Assembly (NCBI GenBank): GCA_051047955.1
Contig: JBPGPT010000008.1
Location: forward strand, 186,001-250,000
From: Cystobasidiomycetes sp. EMM_F5
Taxonomy: Eukaryota
Reading direction: 5' to 3'
DNA: 64,000 bases
In this document: piece after piece, positions 24,573 through 36,895 of the stretch
How the letters are laid out: each line of letters starts with the position of its first letter
Numbering within the stretch: the first letter of the stretch is position 1
Notes under the pieces: model-generated
Databases searched by the model: none
What the model was told of the DNA's origin: nothing
The model's input: the letters and a program-made list of their open reading frames with translations, nothing else
Program-made: the position numbers and the translations under genes

Positions 24573-27500
24573 TCACCTGTTCTGAGGCGGCCAAGGCTGT
24601 ACTTGAGCGCTATACTGCGGCTGCTGCATTCCCATTTGGATTTGTTGCTGTTGCTGCTGAGCTCGCAATTGATTCAGCATGTTTTGGTTGAATTGCGGAG
24701 GAGCGCCCTGGGCATTCTGCTGCTGATAACCATTTGTGTAATTATGTAAAGCCTGCTGCTGTAATGCAGCGGCAGCAGCAGCTTGCGGATTCTGTTGCAT
24801 TTGCTGTTGCTGCTGCTGTTGTATTTGAAGCAACTGCATGGCCTGCTGCGGACTGAAGCCCGTCACCGATGGTCCTCCAGGAACATTGAGTCCTTGATAT
24901 GGATTAGCAAATTGCTGCTGATGAGGCATTCCAGCAGTCATACCGCCTGGGATTTGTATACCTTGTAAGGCTCCTTGCACAGCTTGCCCTTGCTGAACTG
25001 TCGAGAGTGCGGCATTGGTATACATGGGCGAGCGATTTACGGCAAGGTAAGGATTTTGTTGCTGTTGCTGCTGTTGTTGTAGCTGCTGCTGCTGTGCCAT
25101 CTGCTGCTGTTGCTGGTAGCTCGCCTGTTGCTGCGGCATTTGCTGCTGCTGCCCATATGAGGATGGCGCGGGACCGATGTTAGTGGCCATCTGGACACTT
25201 CCGGGCCGCTGAATGTGCTTCCCACTTTGCTGGTGTGCCATCGCATTAGCTTGTGCTTGTAGCTGATTCATGTAAGCGTGCTGAGCTTGCGAAAGCTGCA
25301 TTTGCGTTGCGTGTTGCGGCGCCAATTGACTGGCGTTCTGATGCGGATACGGATTATGGCCAGCCTGTCCCGGCTGACCAGCTTGCATAGGTGAAAAGGC
25401 CCGCTGAGCAGCCTGTTGCATCTGCTGCGGCGTCATCCCAGGCGGGAAATGTGCCATCTGCTGTGGTACATTGCCGTTCATCGGAACCTGGACACCGCTC
25501 ATTTGTGCAGAGTTGATCTGCACTTGCGGGATCTGATGATTGTTTTGTACAGGGCTGGAGGAGGGGGGAATGGAAGAAGCAGTCTTCCCAGCTGGTTGGG
25601 AAGGGCTCTGCTGCTGACTGCCGCTAGTTGCCGGAGGGGCAGGAGATGCAGTATTACTTGCGGCAGCGTTGGCGGCAGCAGCCGCAGCTTGCGCTTGAGC
25701 TTTGAGATCGCTCTTAAGCTTGGCCTTGGGAATTGGCGCAGTCTTGCGCGTGCTCGTTGGCTGGCCTGGTGTAGCTGAAGGAGTAGAGGCCGACGGAGTG
25801 GCAGCAGTCTGACTGACTGCACTGCTTGGAGGAGGACTAGCCGCAGATGTTGACGGTATCGACACAGCGATATCTGCTTTTTCGGAGGCTGCAGCTGCTG
25901 CAGCTGCCGCCGCGGCCTTCTTTTCTTTCTTCTTCTTTGGCGGGGCAGTATTCGCAGGCGAAGCTGCATTGTCCGACTTTTTACCCAGCGTGAGTTTCAG
26001 CGATGTGGCAGAAGGAGGACCAGCAGTAGAAGAGACAGGAGTGTCGACTGCTGGAGAACCGGCTTTCTTGGTGTACTTTCGCTTCTTAGGCGGTCCAACC
26101 GGAGCGGCTGGAGCGCTCGAAGGTATCACAAGACTGATTGATGGCGGCTGTAATTGTGCCGAAGACTCCCTCTCGTCTTGTTGCGTGGAGATATCTCCAA
26201 CTGCGATGTCGCCGTTGCTTACTACAGATTCCGCACGCGGTCTGCCGTTAGCTTGTTGACGGCCGGTATTAGAAGTTCCAGCACTGTTTGCGGTACCAGT
26301 CGCTGCGTTGGCAGAAGCTGCTTGTTGTGCTTGTTGCGAAGCAAGAGCCTGTTCCATGGCTGCCTGCTGTGCACGTTTTGCTTCTTCAGCCTTTCTCGAT
26401 CTCCACTCGTTGAGAAATGCAATTCGCTTAAAGCTACGTGGCAAAGGCACAAATTCGGTATAAGTAAATAGTGTTTAAATGCCCTCTTTGGTACCACATG
26501 GGTGGAACAGCGTACCTGGGTTGGAATGCACGACCGTAAGACTCGTCCATGACCATCATCCACCTTTCGTCATCAAGGCGCGCCGCTGCTGCTTCGAGAA
26601 GAGCTGCCTCTGCTGCAGCTTGTATATCAAGCTCCGCTTGGGCATCCGCATCTAGGCTATTGTCAATTTTGGCGGCCTGCCCTTCTTTTCGCGATAGTTT
26701 CTTGCCATTCTTCTTTCTCTTTTTGGTCTTTGACTTTACGCCAATGCCGTTGCGGACAAGGTAGTCATCGATGACAGGCAGCTGTAGAGGTGCATACCCG
26801 GTATCGTACGGGAGCGCGCTAGCGTCCATTAGGAGGTTTGCTATTCTGCCTACATCTGGATCTGGGGATAGGCAGAGAGGAGGAGCGGTCAGAGCTAGGA
26901 CTCTAGCTTCAACGGCCAAAAGCTCTTCATCTGTTAGTGGCTTGACGACAGTGTTGGCGGTCTGTGACCTTTGCAACATGGAAGAAGGGTTGCGCAAGCT
27001 GCAAAGATCCAGCCACACTGACTCTGCGTCTGAGGCAAGGATAATGCGGTAGACAGGGACTGTCGTAGCATTGGTCGACTTGCGCAGACTAGGGTCACCA
27101 GAAGCATCCTTGCCCATGGAGGTAGCGGAGGCAGAAGCGATAGCGGCAGCCACGGCGCTCTGTAGAGACGACGACGGAGGGCCAGTAGTCGTGTTATTGC
27201 TGTTCGTGACCGTACTGCCACCATTTGATGATTGAGCAGTACTCTTAATATCGCCTTTTCCAGCCGACTCTGCGTTGTTCGACGCTGCAGCTGCAGCCTT
27301 GGCAAGTTTGGCAGCTTGTTGAGCTTCCAACCGTGCAGCGTGCTTAAGGCGCAAAGCCGCTGCTTCCTGCCGTGCTTCTTCAAACTTGGAGTATGTGGTC
27401 ATGAAGCGTTTGTCGAGCAACGAGAGCGCATTCTGTCCGGAATGAGACGTTCCTCCAGTCTTACTGCCTGCATTTGAAGAGTCTGCCGACGGATGCACTG

Positions 27501-27879
27501 GCTTGAGTACGCCGTCTGCCGTCCGTTTGCCCAAGTTGTGTCCAATTCCGGACGACATGGACGCATCCTGCATTGACGCGGGACTCGTCAATGATCCATC
27601 TCCACCTGTAGCACCTCTATGGTCGTGCACTTCGACCACCAGGCAGCCCTCGACGTAGCGGACCTCTGTCGCGTCGAGCAGGTCGAGCAAAGCGACTGGC
27701 AGTCTGGCATTTCGAATGGAATCCAGCAGTGGGAGTATTGGGGAATCATACATGAATACGCCATTCTGGTGCTGGAATCGCAGATGGTTTGGGTGCAAAT
27801 GCAGAACGAGCGATACAGCCGACGACGGGCAGCTGGCCGCAGTGCGCTTGCTGAGCCTGTCGAGGTCGTAGATGGACAT
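24573..27879 (-). CDS. SPT20: SAGA complex subunit Spt20 with a Q-rich C-terminus
   Basis: SLVLHLHPNHLRFQHQNGVFMYDSP...YVEGCLVVEVHDHR, VYRIIL, VEARVLALTAPPLCLSPDP, FQP|SFKRIAFLNEWR. One intron near 26433-26516. Confidence 0.9.
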
Positions 27880-28132
27880 GGTGGGCTACAGTAATTGCAT
27901 GTGGAGCCTTCAGAAGCTCTTTATTGTCGAGGTATTCGCATGTTTTGGTGTTGGTTGAAAGGTTGTTGACGACATTGACGGCTGCAACGATGGCTCGACA
28001 AGTACAATCGCCGAAAATATAGAGCCTTTAGATTAAAAATACAACGCGCATGCTAGTACACCAAAGGTGCAATCCGAGCTATATCCTCGATCCCCATCAT
28101 TGTGTCCTGTTCATCTATCTCCGCTTGCATTA

Positions 28133-29289
28133 CTAGAGCAATCCTTTCCGCACGCAACGCCGCTGCCACGCGTCTCGAATAGCCGACTGAAAAGGGATGA
28201 CCATGTCAAAGTAGGGATCCCCCAGGGAGTTAACATCCCTGTCAACATCAACCTGCGGACAAGTAGAGAGGTGAGGAAGCCAGCCATCTGTTGTTTCCAG
28301 GAGATCAAGATACTCCGCGCAGGTCGAGCGTACTAGTCATAGTCTTTTGTCCAGAGTCGGAATTGCTGCGTGGTTGAAGGAATGTGTTCTTTGATCCACG
28401 ACTCTGGTATGGCGTCTGGGGTTATGATTGACACGTACAACAGCGTTGATGCCGCAAGCCTCAACAGCATCGCGCAGGATGATAGCTTCATATAACGAAC
28501 GTGGAGCTTTTTCAAAGCAGGGGAGCTGGGCAGCCATGCCGTAAGCCATGCGCTCTCGTCTTCGGCTGTACTGTGCACGACCTGCAGTGTGAGGTGCTGC
28601 AGGGTGCCTCGCGAGATTTCCATAATCTTGGACGGTCCAGTCGCGCTCAGAGGTCCGTTACAGTTGGATATGTGGAGGACGAGGGTGTGCAGCTGAAAGG
28701 CTGCTGGGTTGTATGCCAGCCATACAGCTTCCTTTTCGAACGCTGACCTGCGAATGTCAATGATGGACAGGCTTGATAGGGCTGGTGATGCCGAAAGCAG
28801 AGGGCAAATGGTGAGAGGAGGTATGTCGTACAGACCGAGACTTGACAGTGTTGTCATGGTGGGCGGCAGCCACGCGTCTAGGACTGGTTTTGAGCCGTGA
28901 CAGTCTGAAACCTCGAGTTGCTGGAGATTTGGCGTGAAGGAAAGCAGCTCCAGAGACTCTAAGGTATCGACGGTCAGTCGCCGCACAAGATATCCGTGAC
29001 AGAATGAAGCCTTGAGTTTGTCGAACACTAGCTTGCTGTACCGGTCCGGGAAAATGCGCAAGTCCGCGTACAGCTGGGCCAGAGCTGGTTGTGTCCATGC
29101 TTTGCAGACCAGCGTGCATGCCAATAGTGTCTTGACCGCGTCACAACGTTTCAAATGCGTCAGGGATACATGTGAGTACGAGACGCTGCCCTTGAGGTGT
29201 TGTAGGATGTTTGTCAAGATTTCCGGTGCTAGCCTCTGTGCAATGACAGTAGGGCCCGCTTCTTGGCTGTCGATGTTTGCGGAAGTCAT
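28133..29289 (-). pseudogene. F-box/LRR-like paralogue 1, truncated by a nonsense codon and a frameshift
   Basis: GAG->TAG at 28333-28335 relative to paralogue 2 (DYTEYA vs DYD*YA). A 1-nt deletion about 30 nt later. The homologous tail ...RCVRKGLL* is still present down to 28133. Confidence 0.8.
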
Positions 29290-29898
29290 GTCGTGCGGGG
29301 TTATGCAGTGTGAGGTTGCAGCAGTATACGCGCTTCGTCGAAAGTTGAGTCAGTCACAGTCAAGTCAGCAGCAACTCCCTCGAAAGCGTTAGCGTTGCTT
29401 TCAGAATCTGGTTCCAATCATGGTCAACGCCTTTGGATGGTCTTGTTCCGTCGCGCTTGCGGAGAGCGGAAGGTCCATGCATCCAGCGATATCGATATCG
29501 ACTTAAGCTTTAATATCGATACTCATCTCTCATGACCAGAGTGGAGGGTTAGCTCTCTGGAAAGAGCGGAGCTGTGAAAGATGTATCTCAGTTGAGTCAA
29601 CGGCAAATAGGCAAGCGTAGGTACAGAAGCAAGCTGGTGCAGGATCAACAACCGGGCTGGCCGACATCACGCTGCAAAGACGCCTCGACCTTCTCAAATT
29701 GCTCCAAAACGTGTAGCATGTAATTGAAACATACAACGCGTACGCTATCACAGCAAAGCCCACTTGAATGTAGACAGTTGTTGATTGTGGCAATCCGAGC
29801 CATATCCTCGATGCCATTATCCCTCATTACATCCTGCAGGCCTGTTCCTGTTCATCTATCCCCGCACACGTCGCTACTGCCAGTCTCCGCTTGCATTA

Positions 29899-31062
29899 CT
29901 AGAGCAATCCTTTCCGCACGCAACGCCGCCGCCATGCGTCTCGAATAGCCGACTGAAAAGGGATGACCATGTCAAAGTAGGCCTCCAGGGAGTGGCCCCT
30001 CGCTTCCACATCGACCTGCGGACAAGTAGTGAGGTGCGGCAGCCAGCCATCTGTTGTTTCCAGGAGAGTCAAGATACTCCGTGCAGGACAAGCGTACTCG
30101 GTATAGTCGCCGATGCAGAGTCGGAGGCTTTGCGTCGTTGTAGGTATATTTTCTTTGATCCACGACTCTGTGATAGTGTTTCTGGTCATGATTGACACAT
30201 CCGTTACCGTTGATGCAGCAAGTTGTAATAAGATCGTGCACGATGATAGCTTCATGCTACGAGTACTGAGTTTTTCCAAGTTGAGATTGTTTGGCAACCA
30301 TGCCGTAAGCCACGCGCTCTCGTCCTCGGCTGTCCTTAGCTCGATTCGTAGTGTGAGATCACGCAGGGTGTCCTGCGAATTTCCGATAATCTTGGAGATA
30401 CCAGTAACGCTGGGGGGTCTGGTACAATTGTATATGCGGAGGACGAAGCAATGCAGTCGAAAGACTGCCGGCTTGTATGCTAGCCACACAGCTTCATCTT
30501 CAAACGCTAGCCTAGACATGTCGACGATCGTCAGCCTCGATAGTGCTGGTGATGCCGAAAGCAGAGGGCAAGTAACCAGAGGATGTATGTCGAACAGACT
30601 GAGACTCGACAGCCTCGTCATGGTGGGCGGCAGCCATGCGCCTAGAAATGGTTTCGGGTCGTCATAGTCTCGAACATCGAGCTCCTGGAGGTTTGGCGTA
30701 AAGGAAAGCAGCTCCAGAGACTCCACGATATCGACGGCCAGTCGCCGCACAAGATATCCGTGACAGAATGAAGCCCTGAAATCGTCGAAAACTAGCTTGT
30801 TGTAGTAGTATGCCGACATGTGAACGTCGGCACAGAGCTGGGCCAGAGCTGGTTGTGTCCATGCCTTGCAGACCAGCGTGCATGCCAATAGAGTCTTCTC
30901 CACATCCCTGTCCTCCGGAGTCTCACAAAAACTCCATTTATTCATGTAAAAGTCGCTGCCTTTGACGTGTTGTAGGATTCTTGTCAAACATTCCGTTGTC
31001 AGCCTCTGCGCGACGACACAAGGAGCCGCCGGCCAGCGTATATCGATGTGCAGGGACGTCAT
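29899..31062 (-). CDS. F-box-like / LRR (RNI-like) protein, paralogue 2
   Basis: LTTECLTRILQHV...KTLLACTLVCKAWTQPALAQL followed by LxxLxL repeats. Intronless, 387 aa. Confidence 0.8.
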   Translation of the reverse strand: MTSLHIDIRWPAAPCVVAQRLTTECLTRILQHVKGSDFYMNKWSFCETPEDRDVEKTLLACTLVCKAWTQPALAQLCADVHMSAYYYNKLVFDDFRASFCHGYLVRRLAVDIVESLELLSFTPNLQELDVRDYDDPKPFLGAWLPPTMTRLSSLSLFDIHPLVTCPLLSASPALSRLTIVDMSRLAFEDEAVWLAYKPAVFRLHCFVLRIYNCTRPPSVTGISKIIGNSQDTLRDLTLRIELRTAEDESAWLTAWLPNNLNLEKLSTRSMKLSSCTILLQLAASTVTDVSIMTRNTITESWIKENIPTTTQSLRLCIGDYTEYACPARSILTLLETTDGWLPHLTTCPQVDVEARGHSLEAYFDMVIPFQSAIRDAWRRRCVRKGLL

Positions 31063-31602
31063 ATCGTGCGGGGCATGCGGTGTCAGGGTCAGGTTGCAAC
31101 AGCTGTATACGTCTCGCGGATTGTCGAGTCAGTCGCCGTCACAGAGGGACGTGTAGCTTGTGCAGATACTACTAGCTATAGAAATCTGACTCCAAGCATG
31201 GTCAACGTTTTTCGAGGCTCCATGTTTTGGTTGCCGTTGCGGAGAGCGCAAGGGCTGGCGCGGGCACCCATCAATGCTCATATCGCAGAATCTGGTGTCA
31301 CTTCCCGAGAAGGAACGGGGCTGAGAGTGATGTGTCATACTAGAGTCTGTCTATGGCTAGCAACTTGAAGCCAGCATACTCCAGGTGCAAAACCGAGTTG
31401 GTGCGAGTACAACAGCCAGGCTACTCTGACAAATCATCTCCAACACCTGCAAGTCTCGGCTGCACAACCCCACGCAGTCACGAATGGGGTGCGTCAGTAT
31501 GTTTTCGAATTGTGCTATGTGTATCGGCGGCGTGTCCTGGCCATACAGTATATTTGGGCGAAAAAGATCTGGCTCAATCTTCTGCACAACAATCAGATGT
31601 GT

Positions 31603-32793
31603 CTAATCTGCCGGTCCTCTGGGTAGACCAGCCTGTCTTTTACCGTATGCCTCACGCAATCTTTCCCGGAACCTCTCCATCGCCCGACAGTAGGCATCCT
31701 TTTGGTCGATAACCCTGCCTTCAATAGTGAATACCTCTGACCCTTCGAGATCGACGTCGACAAACGGGGCATTCAAGAGTTTGGGTAACCAGATCGTTGG
31801 CTCTTCAAGCAGTGCAAGCACGCCAACAGCCATACTTGACACGAAGCTATCTGTAGACATCAACTCCAGGGATTGCAGGGATCCTGGCAGGCGTTCCAAC
31901 CACGTCCTTGACATGTCCAAAAGCGCCGTAAGAGAGAGATGCTCCAACTTCACGCTCGCCGATGCGAGGAAAACATCGCACGATCGGCACGTCATTCTGC
32001 GCAGAGTTAACCAACGAATGTTTGGCAGGCACTTTGGCAGCCACGATGCATACCAACATGTTTCGCTTTGGTAGTCGTAGCCCTGTCTCTTGAATTCGAC
32101 TTTGACGACCAACTCCTGCAGAGTTTGAGCCGTTGATTCCGTAAGTTTACGCAGGAACAAGGCCGAAGGCGGATTATCTTTGGCAGCATCTACGCAAAAG
32201 AGCGTCAATTCCAAAGGCGGAGCATTCCAATCTTGCCAAGCCTCGTCTCCATCTTCAGCACAGCCTCTGTAGACGACGTATAGATTCTTTAGCGATGGAG
32301 CCGTCCTGAGCAGGACTTTCAAGTCTTGAGAGTGGTTGAATGTGATACTGAGGTACGTGAGAGCTGTCAGCGGCTCCGGCAACCAATTGGCCAGATAATC
32401 CTTGGGCGGGTCGGCTGGGCACGCAAGAACAGTGAGCGAACACAGTCGAGGGAGGTATTGCAGCAGACCGAAGGCATGATGAGCGCCTTGGATGTGCAGA
32501 TTGCGAACGTAATGGCCAATCTGAGGTTTGTCCCGAAGCGTATCGACAAGGCGTGACCAGCCCTCGTGTGAGCACCTCATGTCATCAGTGCGAAGGGTGC
32601 GATAAAGTTGCGGATATGACGCTTTCTTCCAAATGCTGCAAACTCTGGCACACGCGGCCAGATCTCTTTTGACGCTTACGTCTGCTTCGATTATTCGTGA
32701 GTCCGCGTATTCAGTTCGGCCAGCAACGTGATGGAGGACCAGAGAAACGAGGTTTGACTGTAAAATTGGATGCTGCCTTGTTGAGCAAGCCAT
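31603..32793 (-). CDS. F-box-like / LRR protein, paralogue 3
   Basis: PILQSNLVSLVLHHV...RDLAACARVCSIWKKASYPQLYRTL, LxxLxL repeats, WLPKLLNAPFVDVD. 396 aa. Confidence 0.8.
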   Translation of the reverse strand: MACSTRQHPILQSNLVSLVLHHVAGRTEYADSRIIEADVSVKRDLAACARVCSIWKKASYPQLYRTLRTDDMRCSHEGWSRLVDTLRDKPQIGHYVRNLHIQGAHHAFGLLQYLPRLCSLTVLACPADPPKDYLANWLPEPLTALTYLSITFNHSQDLKVLLRTAPSLKNLYVVYRGCAEDGDEAWQDWNAPPLELTLFCVDAAKDNPPSALFLRKLTESTAQTLQELVVKVEFKRQGYDYQSETCWYASWLPKCLPNIRWLTLRRMTCRSCDVFLASASVKLEHLSLTALLDMSRTWLERLPGSLQSLELMSTDSFVSSMAVGVLALLEEPTIWLPKLLNAPFVDVDLEGSEVFTIEGRVIDQKDAYCRAMERFRERLREAYGKRQAGLPRGPAD

Positions 32794-33280
32794 GTTCAGG
32801 ACCCTTTTCGAGGAGCTGTAAGTATCGAGGAGATACTCGAGAGAAACAGGTGGTGAGCCGACGAGCGGTGTGAGAGCAGTGATAGGACGAATGCAGCAGG
32901 TTGACCTAAACGAGAGGCGCTATGTACTAGTCAAGGAGGATCACCTTGTACGGCTGCCCAAGTGTGTTTGACCGTTTCAGACTTTTTACGCCCTGTTCGC
33001 TAGCTACGCTGCCATCACGGTTGAACGGAGAGCCGAAGTGTGATTACGGAGGAATTTCGAAGAAATGTCTCCGTTTTATATCGACGTTATCCTTCGTACT
33101 CTTCACCGCCTGCACTAAGTTTTCACACCTCTCAAATTTCGGAATTCCTCCGTACCCAGTGTCGGCAGACACTTGGATTTCATGCCTTATGCTGTCACTA
33201 TCACAGACGGCTGACGGCTTTGGGAGGTGGTTGTCCTACATGTCTCTGACTTGTTACGGCCGCATCGCAGGCTGGAAGTG

Positions 33281-34456
33281 TTATGAACGAGCTCTATATC
33301 TAGACTGAGCTGTTTGCGCACTTCTCTTCTGTCGTGTAACAAACGCCCGCTGCAGTCTCCCCTGCCACATCTCTGTGACCCTGTGCGTGGACTCGTCACG
33401 AAGCACTGCCAACGGCTCGGATTCGGAATCGATGTCGACCTCGGGCGCATGTGGAAGATTTGGTAGCCAAATCGTCGACTGTGAAAGCAGCGCGAGCACG
33501 TTGTAAGTGGTTTGGGGCAGAAAGCGTCGTCTAGGCAGTAGATGGAGTGACTGCAGAGATCCTGGCAAGTGCTGCATCCATGTCCTTGGGATGCTTGAGG
33601 TTGCTGCAAGTAATAGATATTCCAGCATATCGCCGCAAGATGCGAGGAAAACGCCACATGATGAGCAGGTCATTCCGCGCAGAATCAACCAACGAACATT
33701 TGGCATTCGGCTCGGCAGCCACGACGCAAACCAATTTTTCTCGCTTTGTTCATCGTAGCTCGTACTAACGAATGCGATCCTTACCAACAGCTCCTGGAGA
33801 GATTGAGCCGAAGATTCCGTGAGTTTGCGAAGAAACAAGGTCGAAGGCGGATCGTATAAATCTACGCAAAGTTCTGTCAGTGCCAGAAGCGGAGCCCTCC
33901 ATTCTTGCCAAGTCTCTTCATTATCATTTTCAGCCCAGTCCTCGTATTGAATATTCAGTCTTGTGAGCGATGGAGCCATCGTGAGTAGTACTTTCAAGAT
34001 TCGAGGGTGGCTGTATGTAATGCTGAGGTACTCTAAAGATTTCAGTGGCTCTAGTGACCAAACTTCCATGTCACTTTCGGGACGGCTGTCTTGAAGCGGA
34101 TGAAAAGTAAGAGAGCGAAGATGAGGGACGTGGTCCAGCAGATTCAGGGTGTCTAGAGTTCCACGGATACACAGAGTGCGTACGCAGTAGCCGATGTGAG
34201 GTGTACCCCGAAGTGTCTCTGCGAGGCGTGAAAAGCCCTCCTGCGGATCTCCCGTATCAAAGAGGCGGAGAGCGCGGTACAGGTATGGATATGCGATGTG
34301 CTTCCAAATGTTGCAGACACTTGAAAATGCCACCAGATCTCGCTTGATCGCCATGTATTGCCCGATAGCCATATACTCGTAGTCATCTTGGAATTCGGCT
34401 GCGATTTGGGAGACGACCAAAGAGACAATGTCTGGCTGTAGAAGCGGGTTAGCCAT
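33281..34456 (-). CDS. F-box-like / LRR protein, paralogue 4
   Basis: MANPLLQPDIVSLVV...RDLVAFSSVCNIWKHIAYPYLYRAL, WLPNLPHAPEVDID. Closest to paralogue 3. Confidence 0.8.
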   Translation of the reverse strand: MANPLLQPDIVSLVVSQIAAEFQDDYEYMAIGQYMAIKRDLVAFSSVCNIWKHIAYPYLYRALRLFDTGDPQEGFSRLAETLRGTPHIGYCVRTLCIRGTLDTLNLLDHVPHLRSLTFHPLQDSRPESDMEVWSLEPLKSLEYLSITYSHPRILKVLLTMAPSLTRLNIQYEDWAENDNEETWQEWRAPLLALTELCVDLYDPPSTLFLRKLTESSAQSLQELLVRIAFVSTSYDEQSEKNWFASWLPSRMPNVRWLILRGMTCSSCGVFLASCGDMLEYLLLAATSSIPRTWMQHLPGSLQSLHLLPRRRFLPQTTYNVLALLSQSTIWLPNLPHAPEVDIDSESEPLAVLRDESTHRVTEMWQGRLQRAFVTRQKRSAQTAQSRYRARS

Positions 34457-34625
34457 AGCGGAGAAAGTTCGATTCAAGCGAAGCGGATTGCGTTGATGCG
34501 TTAGATTAGGAAAAAGGCATTGAACAGGCCTGCTGTCAGCTTCAGCGCAAAGAGGTTCGACTGGTTATTATACGTTTGACGTTGATATAATCCTTTCACC
34601 CCGTTTGAGCGGCAGCCAACAATGC

Positions 34626-36823
34626 ATGTCGTACTCCATCAACGGCACCATGACCAAGACTGCCAGCTGCCTGTATCGCTGTCCATGCGTAGAATATCGT
34701 GAAGACTCCAGCTCGTCGTCGACCCAGACTGCCTCATTTCATCCGCTGGCCTCGCTGTACTTTTGCGAGGAATGCGATGCCATCCGCTGCGATGACTGTG
34801 TGCTGCACGAAGTCGCAGCATATCACTGTCCAAACTGCCTTTTTGAAGTCCCCATGGCTGGCGTGCGGGCGGAGCGAAACAGGTGTGCCAGTAGGACCCT
34901 ATCGATAATGCAAATACTAAAGTACGATGATTATCGCTGCAGATGCGCTCGTAACTGCTTCCAGTGTCCATCGTGCAGTAATATCCTTTCCATAACCGCG
35001 TCAGACGCCACGGATCCCGAGGTCGTGTCCAATCCATCTTCTGCTGCTGCAAGTACCGGCGAATTACCGTACTATCTATCGTGCGCGGTGTGCAAATGGG
35101 ACAGCAAATCATCTCTCAACATGACATTCGAAAAGCCGAGCGGACTGGCCGGGCAGTATCAGAAAGTCCATGAAACCCCGCCGATACAATACGAACAGTT
35201 GCGGCTGCATCTCGAAAATTACCTCAAAGCTAACATAGCAATTGCGGCAGCCTCACGTACCTCAAATGCACGTCAACCGACAGCCGCTATCGCTGCCGCG
35301 GTCCGTGCGCTTTCCTACTCCGCTGCGCCTGCAAATCGAGATATTCCATCGTCCATAGCAACAGCCAGCAAGTTCAATAGCCTACATAATCTGGCTCTTG
35401 CAGCCGCGCAATCGCACAGCCCGCACCATGGACGTCAGCTCTCCAGAGCCAATCAGCGGGGATCTCTCGAAGCAGCTTCGCAAACAAGCACAGACGACAT
35501 CGCGCCGTTCGTTACTAAACAGAATGGGCAGTCCAACTCTGTCCGCGATGAAAGACAGAGACTAGTAGCGATCAGGAGCGCCAAGACTGTAGATGTATTG
35601 TCCTGCTTTGAGCAGAGAAGTCCGCCCACTCACTCTGCGCCTATCCTCTCAAACATGGTCAAGCCGTTACGTGTACCGCTAAGACCTACAAAAAGTAAGC
35701 GATGTGACCAGTGCCGGCATATACTGATCAAGGTGAGAATTGACTCACATGTCGACACCGCAGTGAGCTGACAATCTGTACAGCCGGATCACAAGGCTGC
35801 GGCCATGAAGTACAAGATGCGCCTATTAGCTAGCAACTACATTCCGCAGATAGTGGGTCTCCTGCATATTGATATGGAGATCGTCGAAGCTTACGTTGTA
35901 TGTATGCAGGACGTGCTGCGCGTCGTGCCTACGTCTGTTGGTCCGCGGGTGTCTGCGATGGGCGCAACTCCCCAGCCAGGACGGTCGCGCGTTGCATCAT
36001 CTACCACCTCTCGACCTTCTGTTGTTGTCGTGGGTTCTACAGCGGATGCTGCGGAACCACTTCGGCCAGGTAGGAGATATGCATATCAAGTCGTCTTTAC
36101 CAATCCGCTAGAGGAGGAGATACAAGTCAGTGTCCAGCTGGCTCATCTCGTGGATCAAGAAACGCTTGCACGCACGTTGACTCGTCGAAGTCATGATGAG
36201 AAGATCGAGCAGGCTTCGGAAGCACCTGCATCATTTCGGCATTTTCAGTCCTCGAGATGGAGAGTAACGCTGCCTACAAACCCAGCGCCGCTGGAATTTG
36301 GGATTGGCCCCTTTGCGGAAGACTGGGAGTACGAGCACGATACCGGACAGGATGGATATGAAGAGTATGATGGAGGTGGTGATGCTGGGAGCGGTGACGG
36401 GCAGTCACGCCTGCGAGGCAGACGCGGTTATGCTCCCGGAGTGCTCAGCAGGAAAGCCAACAGGACAGCTGTAGCCATCGAATTGCAGACTGGGAGAGAA
36501 GCTAGCGGTCACATAAGGGTGAGAGTACTGACGGATGTTCAAAAGAGTGTTAACAGTGCCTTCGATACTGAATACTGCCGTATTTGTAGGTCCCACTGCT
36601 AATCAGATATACGTACTCGTCAGACGACGGACCTGGTACACCTTCAGTGACATCGCCGCCGGGTGCTGATCGAGTAGACCCGTTGGATGCAGTGTCCAAG
36701 GCTGAGACGGGAGCAGCTGAATCCAAATCGACAAAGACATTCTCGTTCTGGACGTTGGTCTCACTAGGCAAAGTCGTTCCTCGAGTCGTTGCGGCGGGAA
36801 CAACAGCCCTAGTCCTGGCATAG
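34626..36823 (+). CDS. DCTN4: Dynactin p62 subunit (DCTN4/Ro-2)
   Basis: LYFCEECDAIRCDDC, YHCPNCLFEVP, CARNCFQCPSC, YYLSCAVCKWDS, KSKRCDQCRHILIK|PD, FTNPLEEEIQV, FSFWTLVSLG. Confidence 0.93.
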
Positions 36824-36895
36824 ACTGCACATACTGCGCAGGCATAGGCAGCCATCAATATTGCACATTCAGATTCTACGTAATACAAGCAGGCT

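Larger units (their letters stand above)
28040..31255. repeat. Tandem segmental duplication, units about 28040-29475 and 29730-31255, each with an F-box-like gene plus flanks
   Basis: Shared coding sequence and shared noncoding flanks: ATACAACGCG, AATCCGAGC.ATATCCTCGAT, CTCCGCTTGCATTACTAGAGCAATCC, CATGGTCAACG, TTGCGGAGAGCG. Boundaries are approximate. Confidence 0.85.

Noticed and set aside
32946..33308. ORF between F-box paralogues 3 and 4 as a relic paralogue or transposon fragment
   Set aside because: Non-ATG start and no convincing motif match. Only a translated search could settle it.
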